DNA from: Pseudovirgaria hyperparasitica
Lineage: Eukaryota
Length of the DNA: 64,000 bases
Strand: one strand, 5' to 3'
Assembly (NCBI GenBank): GCA_010093815.1
Contig: ML996580.1
Part shown: one piece after another, positions 39,896 through 51,445 of the stretch
How positions within the stretch are numbered: the first letter of the stretch is position 1
Layout of the letters: the number at the start of each line of letters is the position of its first letter
Program-made: the position numbers and the translations under genes
Notes under the pieces: model-generated
Seen by the model: only the letters and a program-made list of their open reading frames with translations
What the model was told of the DNA's origin: nothing
The model's database searches: none

Positions 39896-42800
39896 TCAGG
39901 GAGCGGTATCATCCTTGTCTTTCCCTTTGCCAGGATCAAGACTTGGGTCGCCTGAGAATGGACCAGTCCTGAAGTTGGGCGTTGTTTCTTTCTTCTGACT
40001 AGGAGGTGCCTTTGGATCGTAAGGATCTTGCACCAAGATTGGGTCTGTGGACTTCGTGTCGGGATGGAGCTCGACTCCTTCGTGGCCCTCAAGGTCACTC
40101 TTGCTAGTTCTGTGTCCGAATCCCAAAGAGTCATTATCACCACTGCGACGCTCTATAGGCGACCATCCTGCGATGCTTCCTGCCACAATGCCAGCCATAG
40201 CAGCCGCCGGGCCGAATGCGGAATTTGATCGAGACCGTCTTCTACGCCGAGAGTCAGGCGTTGGTGGAGCCAGAGAATGTCCGTCCTCACTGCGTTCACC
40301 ATTCGGAGTCGAGGGAACAGACAAGCTTGTTCTCGACCTGTGTAATGCTTCCTTCGGGTGTTTGATTGTCCACTTAAGTGCACCGAGACGACCACCACGC
40401 ATCTTTCTGATGAAAGCCAACTCTTCACGAACCTCCAACAGACCTTGATTCCACTCAAAATCGTCGGAGATGATTTCAGGAGGCGCCTCTTTGCGCTTGA
40501 AACATGCTGGAGTCAGACCACGAATTATTTCATCCGGAATCAGTCGGATTATGATACCGATCGGGATAGAAATGAAACCAAGGAGGATTGAATATCCCCA
40601 CTGTGGGCCATTCAACTTGGACACCGAGAAAGCAGCTCCGCCGAAATTGATAATGATCGCCTGGCCACCTATCATGAGTAACATGATACCAATGAAGAAA
40701 TAGTTCCTTGTAATGCCCTCAAAGATATTGAAACCATTGTCAAGCCGGCGAGAGTTGAGCTGATTGAAGATTTGCATCCAGACAAAAGTGTTGAAGACAA
40801 GAGTGCCCAGCCGATCCTGCTCTGGCGCGGATTCGTAAGAAAGGATCTGTGCTCCAGCAAAATTCAGGATCAAGGTTACAGCAAGCTGAAAGATGGCCTG
40901 CCCAATAATCATCTTCCACATTGTGAGCGAAATCAAAGGAGCCGACTTCGGCTCTGGCTTTCGATTCAGTAAAGTCCGAGTCGGCGGATCTGTAGCCAAT
41001 GCCAGAGCAGCAAAGGTATCCATGATCAGGTTGACCCATAATAGCTGCACAGCAGTAAGGACAGATTGTTGATTCTCGCTTGCAACAGCGGAAACAAAAG
41101 TGAGAAAGACGGCCGTGATGTTGACGGTGATTTGGAATTGGAGAAATTTCTTCACCGCATCGTTTACAGCACGCCCCCAGAGTAAAGCTTTCACGATTGA
41201 CGAAAAGTTATCATCCATCAGGATGATAGCAGAGGCTTCTTTTGCAACTTCTGTTCCCGAGATACCCATAGCAAATCCAATATCGGATGCTTTTAGTGCC
41301 GGAGCGTCATTTGTACCGTCACCTGTAACGGCCACAGTTTCGCCAAGCTCCTTGAGGCGCTTGACGAGAATGCGCTTATCTTCTGGACTGGAACGCGCAA
41401 GAACACAAAGCTTTGGTATAGCTTGATCCATCTGCCTCTTGCTCATCTTTCGGAATACAGGGCCTTCCAGAACGAGTCCGCCAGGGACAAGGATACCGCA
41501 ATCTTCGGCAATTGCCTTAGCGGTCGTCACGTTATCGCCCGTGACCATACGGACGAATACACCGGCCTTTTGACAATCTTCAACGGCGCTCCGAACGCCA
41601 TCTCGAAGGGGATCTTGTATGCCAACCACGCCCAAGAATGTCATGTTCTCGAAAACGCGGCGGAAATCAGCCTGAGTAGGATCATCTTTGACCTCTGCGC
41701 CCTTGGGGGGCCATTGCTCAAAGTCTCGATAAAGAAAACCAATCGTTCGGAGGGATCGGGATGCATATGCTTCAATCAAGGCTTCGAGGGTTTTACGGTT
41801 GTCGTCAGTCAAGTCTGCAACATCGGTGCTCTTACTAGGTTCCGCAACAATTTTGGTGGCCTTCTTCAGCAGGATCTCAGAAGCACCTTTGACGTACATT
41901 CGATAGGTTCCATTGGTGTTTTTCACGATCGCGCTAGAGCATTTTCGTCCGGAATCGAATGGGATCTCTTGAACAATGTCTGCATTAGATCGTTCCGTGG
42001 TCAACGGTCCCATACCTAAGTAGTCTCGGGCAAATGAGAGCCCAGCTGTCTCAGTCTTGGAACCCGTAAATGTAGCCTCTCCATCCTCCTCACTTTCGAA
42101 AGCCTTTGAGTTGATGGCGATAGATTGTTTGAAAAGCTCTCGCATTTCCTCACTAGTCGATGACACAAACTCAGCCGGATATATGTCATCTGTGTCATTA
42201 AGGTTGCTGCCTTTCATGCCGTTGCCATCATCGGTAGGTGCTATGAGCTTTTTATCTCCAAAGCGTAGGACTGTGCCCAAGGTACCAGCGACGATCGTCA
42301 TTTTGTTTTGAGTCAAAGTGCCTGTCTTATCAGAGCAGATCGTAGTTGCGTTACCCATCGTTTCACAAGACCGCAACAATCGCACGAGATTGTTATCCTT
42401 TAACATTTGTGTGGTCGCAAATGCAAGGGCGAGTGTGACGGCCAACGGAAGGCCCTCAGGAACGGCAACGACAACAATGGTGATTGTGACAATGACAATA
42501 TCGAGAAAGAGTTGACCTTTTCTAGCTGCTGACAAGCCCTTCTCTGGACCAACAATGTTCACCAGATACCTGATGAACACAACGGTGAATAGGAGTAATG
42601 CAGCCGCGCCACCAAGCTTGGCAATATATTCGGCCAGCACATTGAGTTTTGATTGCAGAGGTGTGACTTCGGCATCCTCGCGGAGTGAGAGCATTACTTT
42701 GCCATAACTCGAGTAAATCCCTGTCGAGGTGACCAAAAACTCCCCTGTACCCTCCTGGACTTTGGCTCCCGATAGAATGAATGGATCCATCTTCTTGCAA

Positions 42801-44113
42801 TCTTCTTTGTTTTCCAGAGCACGCTGTACGTCCGCAGCAGGCGTCTTTCTCATCAAATCTGATTCGCCTGTTGCTGATGACTCGTCACACTTGACCCCAT
42901 ACCCTTTGATGAATATACCATCGACAGGAACCAAGTCACCAGGTTCAAGCATGACAATGTCGCCCACAAGCACATCATGCACAATGATTTCTTGCTCCTT
43001 GCCATTCCGCCTCAGCTTGACGAAACGATCGTCCTTCTTGTTATTCAGCTTCACGAATTGTCTTTCCTTCTGCCAGTCATTGAGTGCCCCAACAGAAACG
43101 ACTACGAAGACGGCAACCATAATGGCCACACCTTCAACCCATTCAACTCGGGGCTCTCCGTTGGGATGAGGTTGCGTGGACTCGAAGATACCTAGTGCTA
43201 GCGATATCAAGGCGGCTATAGTCAAGAGTATTAGGATTTTGTCATTGAATGCCATCCACGCGAGCCGAAAGAAGCTTTTGGACTTCCGTTCTGGAAGCCG
43301 GTTATCCTTGAAAGCCCGTATTCGATCGGCGAAAACATGCTCTATTCGCTTCGCCGACTTCATAGTGTCTGTTCTTTGAGGCGTTTTGCTAGTGGGATCC
43401 ATAGAGCCCGGATCCCGAACTTGTGTTGCATCTTCGAAGGAGACATAACCGTCAAGGAACTTCTCATCGGTACTGAGTCCAGTTTTCAGATCTGTTCGTA
43501 AACCTTTCACAAGTCCAGTAAGGCCACCCAGAACTCGAAAGGCACCGAGACTCTTCGGATTGATCAACTTGCCAAGCTGTCCTGGTGTGAAAGCAAACTT
43601 ATTGTCCTCGACTTCAAAGTCCGCCTCAGTCCCTGGGTCAGGCTTCAATGCTTCCTCGTCGCTCAACAGCTCAGCGTTACTCGTCCGACCAGCATTCCTT
43701 TGATCTTCCGTAGGGCTGTTGACATACGTCGCACTGGTCCCCGACACCGAAGCAGATGAATCTACAGAGTTCCCTCTCGACCTTGACCCTGGAACTGACA
43801 AGAATTTGGCGTCCATTGTTTTGTGGGCCGGCGATGAAATGTTGTGAGGGGAAATTGGCCGACTCTCCTTACTTTCGAACGAATTGGTCGCTTTGAGATC
43901 CAACGGAGATGAAACAGAGGGCTGCTGAGAATAAAACGAGGATGCGCCGTCGGAGGTTTCCGGCCTCGCCAGGTTATGTGAGTCCTCAACTACGGCAGGT
44001 TCCGTCTCTGTTCCGCTTACAGCTGAGGTATCTATGGTAATTGTAGGGGCACGTTGCCTTCCGAAAGGCCTAGGCGACGGTGCTCTTTCTCCATTTTCAG
44101 TACCCTCAGGCAT
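39896..44113 (-). CDS. PMC1: P-type IIB (PMCA-like) vacuolar Ca2+-ATPase
   Basis: 1405-aa intronless ORF; TGES, PEGLPLAVT, DKTGTLT, KGASE, MVTGDN, GDGTNDAPAL, LLWVNLIMDT motifs. Confidence 0.97.
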   Translation of the reverse strand: MPEGTENGERAPSPRPFGRQRAPTITIDTSAVSGTETEPAVVEDSHNLARPETSDGASSFYSQQPSVSSPLDLKATNSFESKESRPISPHNISSPAHKTMDAKFLSVPGSRSRGNSVDSSASVSGTSATYVNSPTEDQRNAGRTSNAELLSDEEALKPDPGTEADFEVEDNKFAFTPGQLGKLINPKSLGAFRVLGGLTGLVKGLRTDLKTGLSTDEKFLDGYVSFEDATQVRDPGSMDPTSKTPQRTDTMKSAKRIEHVFADRIRAFKDNRLPERKSKSFFRLAWMAFNDKILILLTIAALISLALGIFESTQPHPNGEPRVEWVEGVAIMVAVFVVVSVGALNDWQKERQFVKLNNKKDDRFVKLRRNGKEQEIIVHDVLVGDIVMLEPGDLVPVDGIFIKGYGVKCDESSATGESDLMRKTPAADVQRALENKEDCKKMDPFILSGAKVQEGTGEFLVTSTGIYSSYGKVMLSLREDAEVTPLQSKLNVLAEYIAKLGGAAALLLFTVVFIRYLVNIVGPEKGLSAARKGQLFLDIVIVTITIVVVAVPEGLPLAVTLALAFATTQMLKDNNLVRLLRSCETMGNATTICSDKTGTLTQNKMTIVAGTLGTVLRFGDKKLIAPTDDGNGMKGSNLNDTDDIYPAEFVSSTSEEMRELFKQSIAINSKAFESEEDGEATFTGSKTETAGLSFARDYLGMGPLTTERSNADIVQEIPFDSGRKCSSAIVKNTNGTYRMYVKGASEILLKKATKIVAEPSKSTDVADLTDDNRKTLEALIEAYASRSLRTIGFLYRDFEQWPPKGAEVKDDPTQADFRRVFENMTFLGVVGIQDPLRDGVRSAVEDCQKAGVFVRMVTGDNVTTAKAIAEDCGILVPGGLVLEGPVFRKMSKRQMDQAIPKLCVLARSSPEDKRILVKRLKELGETVAVTGDGTNDAPALKASDIGFAMGISGTEVAKEASAIILMDDNFSSIVKALLWGRAVNDAVKKFLQFQITVNITAVFLTFVSAVASENQQSVLTAVQLLWVNLIMDTFAALALATDPPTRTLLNRKPEPKSAPLISLTMWKMIIGQAIFQLAVTLILNFAGAQILSYESAPEQDRLGTLVFNTFVWMQIFNQLNSRRLDNGFNIFEGITRNYFFIGIMLLMIGGQAIIINFGGAAFSVSKLNGPQWGYSILLGFISIPIGIIIRLIPDEIIRGLTPACFKRKEAPPEIISDDFEWNQGLLEVREELAFIRKMRGGRLGALKWTIKHPKEALHRSRTSLSVPSTPNGERSEDGHSLAPPTPDSRRRRRSRSNSAFGPAAAMAGIVAGSIAGWSPIERRSGDNDSLGFGHRTSKSDLEGHEGVELHPDTKSTDPILVQDPYDPKAPPSQKKETTPNFRTGPFSGDPSLDPGKGKDKDDTAP

Positions 44114-46103
44114 CGTGAGTTGTGTGTGACAATTGAAGGGGCCAAAGTGGATACTTTATGTTAAGGTAAACATGTGATTGAACGATGCGGAGAGCGGCGA
44201 TTGCAAAATCACCTAAAGCGGCTGTATGCGGATCATAGGAGGAGGCAAGCTGAAAGAAGATAGCAGCAAGAATGTGTAGGATGCTGCGATGGCACGCGTG
44301 GACCGGCGGTCAATGATGTTGAGAAACGTGGAAGGAGCTGTCGAGAGTCTTAGGAAGCTGTAGGACTAACAGTCGTTAGCTGCTGTTTGAAGATGCGACG
44401 TCTAGAAGCCAGTTCACATCTTTGTTGGCGGCGTGAGAGGCGTATAGAAGCTCTAGAAGCAGAGTTGGGATAGACGAAGCTCACATACAAGGGTGTCGAA
44501 ACGAAGTCACGATGGAGGAAAAGCTCAGACGGACCGAAAAGGCTGAAGTGGGTAGCTCTTGTGCCTCGAGTATTGGCTGACAGAGGATAGGTGAAGGCGA
44601 AGAGGCACCGGATTATGGTTAAAATTCCTCGTATATCGTGGCAGTGCTGGATTGTGTGTTGTACAGTGTACGAGGACGCGTTGGCGAGGATGACTGATTG
44701 GAGAATTACAGGATATGAAAGAATGGCTAGTGGTAATTGGGTGAGTAGACAGGGTAACGGACGAGTCACCAGAGCCGAAGAAAAGGACGAAGGAGCGTGG
44801 TAGGCTGGTGATGATGGTGACGGTTGTGGTGTTGAGTTTGTTTGATGGAATCAGTATTAAACGCACCAAGCAACAAGCATGCATGGAGGTATAATAACGC
44901 ACAGACCGAGTAGACCTGGTACCGGCTCTTTTGATGAGCTTAGAAGTTTTGCACTGCCTCATTGAAAGTGGGGTCTGCTCATGCATCTGCACTTCTCATT
45001 GGTTCGCTTATTGTAAGCTCTCTCGCCCAATCCGCCTGGGCGTCCGTACTCATGTGTCAGTCCAGTCAAGCTAAGCAGTCCAAGACTGATTTCAAGACAT
45101 GTCAAGACAAGTCAAGATAAGTTAAGACGGGCTCTAGACGTCTTCCATCGTGCCAAGATAGATACTACGCGAGCGCTTACGAAAGGCTCAATCAAGTTCC
45201 CCTTAGGTTTAGCCCAAAACCCCAGCTGATAGGTGCTGAACATGTTTCATCGCAATATTTGAGAGACCAGGGTGAGTATCGTAGAAGTTCATGATTGAGA
45301 TACTGATGTGATTGCCGCTATCACCTTCCACACTTCGAATCACTGGTTAGAGAACCTTGAAATCTTGGAACCCCGGAGGCATCTTAGCCAGCTTGATCAC
45401 CTCGTATCACGCTTCAGGAAGGGATCTTTCCGGACCATGCAAGTGGGCACTTTTGGCCACCAATGTACTTCGACATGCCCGGTTTTCAACGCTTACGGAC
45501 AAGGCCTAGGGACTTGTAATTAGAGCTGCAGATGAAGATCTGTACGTTACGGCCTTCTCTAGCTCCTTACCATTGCAGCGGTAGACACGTACAAGAAGGC
45601 TGATTCATCCTGTCAGCTTGCCACCTCTCCGTATAGGCAATCGACAGACATCTCCAACAAGCCAGTAACCATCAATCCTGCGTTACCGTCTTTTCTCCGA
45701 TGTAGCGATCTACCATTTACCAGCTGTGGATTTTCCGCCGGGGAGTGCGAAATGAGGTGACATCTATGCTTCTACAGCCAAGCTAAAAGCATTCATCGTG
45801 CTCATCGCATCGCACCACTTAACATGGCACACGTAGTATACTGCTAATTACCTGCCCATTACTTGATACTTGGATACGGGCATGCACCACTTGCGTCGTC
45901 ATGACTCGACAAAGGGCACAGGCCTCATCAAGTGCACCTTAAAGGTATGCCAATGCTCTTCTATTATCGGAGATGAGCTCCGCGAGAGGTGCACAATGCG
46001 CGCCTGGGCACTGTATTACTGTTTATAAATTTTCAGAAGATGATGCTCGCAATGTCATTAATACACGTCGCCGTTGATTTCCGAATATAGTGACACCTGA
46101 ATT

Positions 46104-48497
46104 TCAACATCGCTCAAATACTCGATATAGTCCTTTGAGATCTGCGATTTCGACAACTCCTTGCAGCATGCCTTTAGTGGCGACTAGCCTGTTCTTGAAC
46201 GCTGGAAACATGACATACTCCAGTGCGTGATGCAATTGTTTTCTTCTGATCTCAATCGCTTTGTCTTCGACATTCGGCTCCTCTTGAATGTCGGCTTCGA
46301 TCATCGGAGCTATGTCATTCCCGGTGGAATCTTTCGAATCATTCTCTCTGCTTGTTGCTGCAGTTGTCGTGTGATCGCGTACCACCGGCATGGCCTCAGG
46401 AACGTAGAAGCTAGCTAGCTCAGCTAGAAACGTGTGAAAGCAACTTTTCTCATCATTCCAATCGACATGCGGACCAAGCCTGAGCAAAAACTGAGGCAAT
46501 TTAGCCATACACGGTACATATCCCTTCACAAGAAGCGGAATCGTGCTTAGATCACCTGTTTCGGAAATGTCAAGCGAGAAATACTCAACCAGCATGTCTC
46601 GCTTTGATATAAGATGTTCTTTGACCGTCAAAGCAACCATGTCCCAGTCAAAATCATCTCCTTCATCTTCTGCCGATTGACTCGACCGCTTCTCGTGCTC
46701 GACGGCTATCCTAAGAAGCTCGTCTAGGGAGAGAGGTGGTTCGAATCGTATAACGCCGAAATTACCAAAATCTGTCAGACCAACCTGGTAGAAGTACTCA
46801 TTACACGCGAGCCCGTAGTCGATCAAATAAAGCTTCACACCTCCTTGGATTGCGACCATCCTGCGTCTGTCGTCCACTATACCCACGAAGGTATGTGACG
46901 AAAACAAGTCCGTCAATTCATTATGCATGTTGTCCCGCACAGTTGCACGTAAATCTTTGATGGACATGAGACGACATACCGTAGTTTCCGTCTCGTCGTC
47001 GATTTCGTACGGGTATTGCGCTTCGAAAGTCTCAGGTAATTCGTCGGCGGTGGATTCTCGCCGCTCTGTGGAAAGCATGGATGTGATTTTTCGAACCTTG
47101 GAGTCGGTACGCACGAGATTATTCTCGAGTGTCTTGCGCTTTGTACTAGGCTGCTGCATTAAGAGTCCCTGTGGTCGACTAGGCGTCTGCATACTAAGAC
47201 GGTCAGACGATGGTGTTATGGTTGGAATGTTCACACTTGGAGACTGGGTTTTACTGGGTCCAGGAAGCAGGCTTTGTGTCATGAAAGTTCGGCTTGTGTC
47301 CACACTACCGAGTTTGATCTGAATAGATGAGCATATGGTTTCGATGATCTCGTCTTCATTGAGAAAATTGACTTCGCGCTTCGTGGGATGGACATTTACG
47401 TCGACACGCTGAGGCTCGATCTCAAGACTGAGATACGAAAATGGATGGCCGCCCTTGGGCAAGAACGCTTGGTATGTTTGCTCGATGGCTTTCTTAATCG
47501 CTGTTGACTCAACAGAGCGGTGATTGATGAATAAAAGCATGGTCGTCTTCTTGATACTGTAGTTTGCATTGCTCACCCATCCCTCACATCTAAATCCCCA
47601 GCGCTCGCTAGACGCATCGAATTGGATGAGCTCACGGGCGACCGCAGCACCGTGCACTTGCCGTATTCGATCGAGTGTCGTAGCTTTTGACGCAACAGAA
47701 ATGGCCATACTAGATTCTCCGTGCTTTTTGCATGAAAAGCCGATGCCACTGCAGTGAACGGAATACCTGCCGACAATATCGAGAATTTTGGCAAACTCTT
47801 CGCTTGCTGACCGGAATGCTCGCCTTCGTGTTGGTATGTTGTAGAATAGGTCTTCAACCTGCGAATTATTAGAATCTATATGATAGAACAAACATGTGAG
47901 TCAGGAGACAAACAGTGATCTGGGTACCAGGCCGACCAGCGATTGACTTCGGTGCCGGGTCCTGTCCTGGTTTTGATGGAGCAAGCTTTCCTCCCGCATA
48001 ATGCGCTTTCCAAGCACAACTTGATTCCTTTGTTCTCGTAGTGACAGAGAGATGTGCTATATGACTGATGCTCGCCAAAGCTTCTCCTCTGAACCCGTAC
48101 GTACCGATAGAGCTCAGGTCCTCAAATGTTTCAAGCTTGGATGTCGTGAAGCGCTCACAAAGTATTGGAAGGTCGCCTTTCTTCAGCGACCTCATTAGTA
48201 CACTCTCTAATAGCGATTTATCTACGTGCCACTCACTTCGATACCATGTCCGTTATCGGTAATCTGCAGCAGCTTCAACCCACCATCTTTCACCACCACC
48301 TCAAGCGACGTGGAACCGGCATCTACTGCGTTCTCAATAAGCTCTTTCAAAGCATGTACTGGTGCAACGATGATCTCGCCGGCGGCGATCTTATTGACCA
48401 CATCCTCTGATAATGCGACAATCTTGCGCGGCGAGCTTGGACGCGTTTTGGACCCATCGGGCGGCGGCAGCACATTGACATCCATGGCTTCAGCCAT
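46104..48497 (-). CDS. MLH1: DNA mismatch repair protein Mlh1 (MutL family). Exons 48497-48237, 48180-47914, 47858-46104
   Basis: [43 protein letters not shown]; invariant C-terminal VFERC. Confidence 0.98.
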
Positions 48498-48793
48498 TTC
48501 GGAGAACAGAATCGCGGTGTATACTAGACGTCATTGAAAAAAGACGATGTCTTGATGGAGACTCAATATGGCGGTGCTCAGCTTGCGAAGGTACAGAACG
48601 TCTTCCAACTTCCAGAGGTATTGTCACATCACGTGCATGACGCGCTGTCACGTGGTATTGAGGACTACAATTCTCAAGATTGTATTACGGATTCGCGAAC
48701 ATGTTCGCGAAGGACAATCAATATGCAATTTCTAGAAACGTGCTGGACGAAGAGTCATATCATAACAGACCCGCATGATTGTATGGAAGCGTG

Positions 48794-51445
48794 TTATCTA
48801 TATAGCTCTGGTTCAATATGGCCATTAACTGGTCTATCTTCAAGCTCCAAATCGTCAGATGCCGTGAGCGGACTTGCTTCAGGTCGGTTTGTTGCTACTG
48901 GTGAAGCATCAATACTGTTATCGTCTACGTCTGAGCCCAGCTTGATCCGTCCCCAGCTGACTCTTGTCACAGCCTGGCTAAACCAGGAACCTAGTATGCT
49001 AATTACACCCCAAAGCTTCTCCTGTCGGCCTTGTAATGTGGAGTCTTCACGCGGGTTGTCTTGTGCCTCAACCTTGAATTGATACTTCAGACAGTCCTTG
49101 ACAGTGACTAGGCCTGTCAGGCGTCCACGATATTCAACCAATATTACCCTTGGACCCATCTTCTTGAACAGCTCCATCACTGTCTCCAGAGGCAACCTAG
49201 GATGCACGGATAGTGGTGTTGGATCGACAAGCTTGCTGAAGTCTACAGTCACCTGCGCTGACGTTGCTGCAATGGTGTCGAAAGTGACAGCTGGCACGAT
49301 GGTAGAAGATGGCGCTGTGCTGTTTCGTGCTGATGGATTTGGCGAGAAGTAGCATTTCGCTCGCTGGGTTGCCAATTGATCTCGCTTGGCTCGATCGATG
49401 GCAAACCGTAATTCCGTCCGTCCGATATGCCCAACAAGAGTTTTCACGTTTTCGTCTTCGACTATGGGGTAGCCTTGGTACTGGTTATCCGCCATCAACT
49501 TTTCCACGTCTCGAATCTCTAAACCTGCCGCTGGCAAAGTTACGACATTCGACGTCATGACCTGAGATACTGGTACACCGAATGTGTGATCTTCTTTGTT
49601 ATCCAAGAATGGGAACCCATTAAACCATATGGCGCGATCAGCTATACCGCCCTTCCCGAATCGTTCGCCAACTGCCTTCGTAAAGCCAACCACAATCTAC
49701 AGTGTATATGGTCAGATCATGCATGGAACGATGAAAGATGAAACCTTACCATTGTGGGAAGAATGTACGTCAATGCGCCAGTCAGCTCAAACATAATGAC
49801 AACAACAGATACTGTTATATGCATGATGCCACTGAGAGCGGCACCCGCACCAAGAAAAGCATAAGTTCCAGGTGTGATGCATGGGCCGTCAGGATCGCAT
49901 GCAGCAAAAAATGGCGAATTTGGAAATGATTCATGAAGCGCTTGCACCATGATACCGATCATACGCCCAAATGATGCGCCAATAGCCATTGACGGTACGA
50001 AAATTCCTGCTGGTACTTTGCAGCCGTAAGATATGATGACCAAAATCGTTCGCAGTATTGTCGCAGTGGCAAGCGAGAGAATCATCCGCCAGCGATTTTG
50101 AGCCCTTCATCCATGTTAGTATCCATTATAGACGAGAACGCGTTCGTGCTTACTCGCAAAGCTCGTCGTAGTCATGATCACCCTCGCATTCCTGGAAGAG
50201 GATCTCCATACTCTCTGTCATGTCAATGCGCAAAAACATATTCGGATAGCAGATGATCGCAGTCAAGATGGCTAGAGTGACAGTCTCCATGATGGGATAT
50301 TGTGCCAGATATTGTTTCCGGAAGCCCTGAACACGCAAGTTCCATTTTATAACAAACGCTCCATACAGACCACCAAATATGCCAATTATAACGTAGAAGA
50401 TGATTTCGAAAAAGTGCCACGAACGGTCATATTTGACCTGAAACATGACGAGCTGCCCGGTCCGGAAAGGATTCATAGCAGCAAGCACAGATGTGGCAAC
50501 GAGAGCGCAGAAGTAGCTCCGCCACATGGTCTTGAGCGGGAAGTAGTTCGACATCTCTTCGAGTGAGAATAACACACCACCAATTGGACTACCAAAAGCA
50601 ACACCAACTCCTGCTGCCGCAGAAGCACTCAGTATCTCTCTTGTCTTTGCCGCGTTACGTTTATATTTGTCGAAGAAGCGTGAAATCACATTGCCAGTAC
50701 AGACGGCAAAATGAACACTAGGTCCTTCTTTGCCAACGGACAGTCCAGACGCAATAGCTAGCGGCAGACCGATTGACTTGATGAGTAGTGTCCATGCACT
50801 GAGGAAGCCCTTCATGACGAAACCGGCGATGATGCACTTGATCTCGGAAATACCTGATCCAGCAGCATAGGGCGCGTACGACTTGACCAGTCTCGCAGAC
50901 GTAAAAGCGAATATCGCGGCGAACACCGTGTATAAGAAGTAGTTCAATGGCCAAAAGCCACTCCATCGTTTCCACTCCGGGCAACCGGCCTCGGCGCCCC
51001 AACAGCAGAAACTCTCGTTCAGGTAGAAGGCAGTCGAGCAATGCCCCAGCTTTATATCTGACAACCACTCCGTTACGATATTCAGGAAAGCAGCATTCAA
51101 GCCTATTGCCGCTCCGACGAGGGTGACCACAATCCACGCCTGGCCCGCATCGTACAACTCCCAGAGCTTCCTCCGCCATGCACGACTCCCTCTCCTCACA
51201 TAGGCGCCTTGCTGCCGCTGCGCCCGTCGTCGTAGCTGCTCACGCGCAGCATCTTGTACCCAGTCTATCGTTGTAAAGTCCTCATATCTCTTGATCTCGG
51301 CTATCTCCTCGTGAATGGCGTTTTCGGCGTCCGTGGTTGGATCGTCTTCAGCGGTTTCGACGTTGGAGGCGAAGTTACGTGTCACACGAGGGTTCCCACT
51401 GGAAGGTGTGCGCGCAGCTACAAAAGAGCTCGACCGGCGATTCAT
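48794..51445 (-). CDS. CLC-family chloride channel/antiporter (Gef1-like) with two CBS domains. Exons 51445-50154, 50104-49750, 49696-48794; a further 5' exon is possible
   Basis: [19 protein letters not shown] (gating Glu), FSLEE, GIFVPS. The frame stays open about 50 nt upstream of 51445 to a possible TAG acceptor at 51499-51501, so the start is uncertain. Confidence 0.95.

Noticed and set aside
44114..45300. Crz1 (CDRE) sites in the PMC1 promoter
   Set aside because: Only short GAGGC cores at a frequency compatible with chance.
36681..51445. Apyrase, Ca2+-ATPase and CLC as an organellar ion-homeostasis cluster
   Set aside because: Ordinary housekeeping genes interleaved with MLH1; no evidence of functional clustering.
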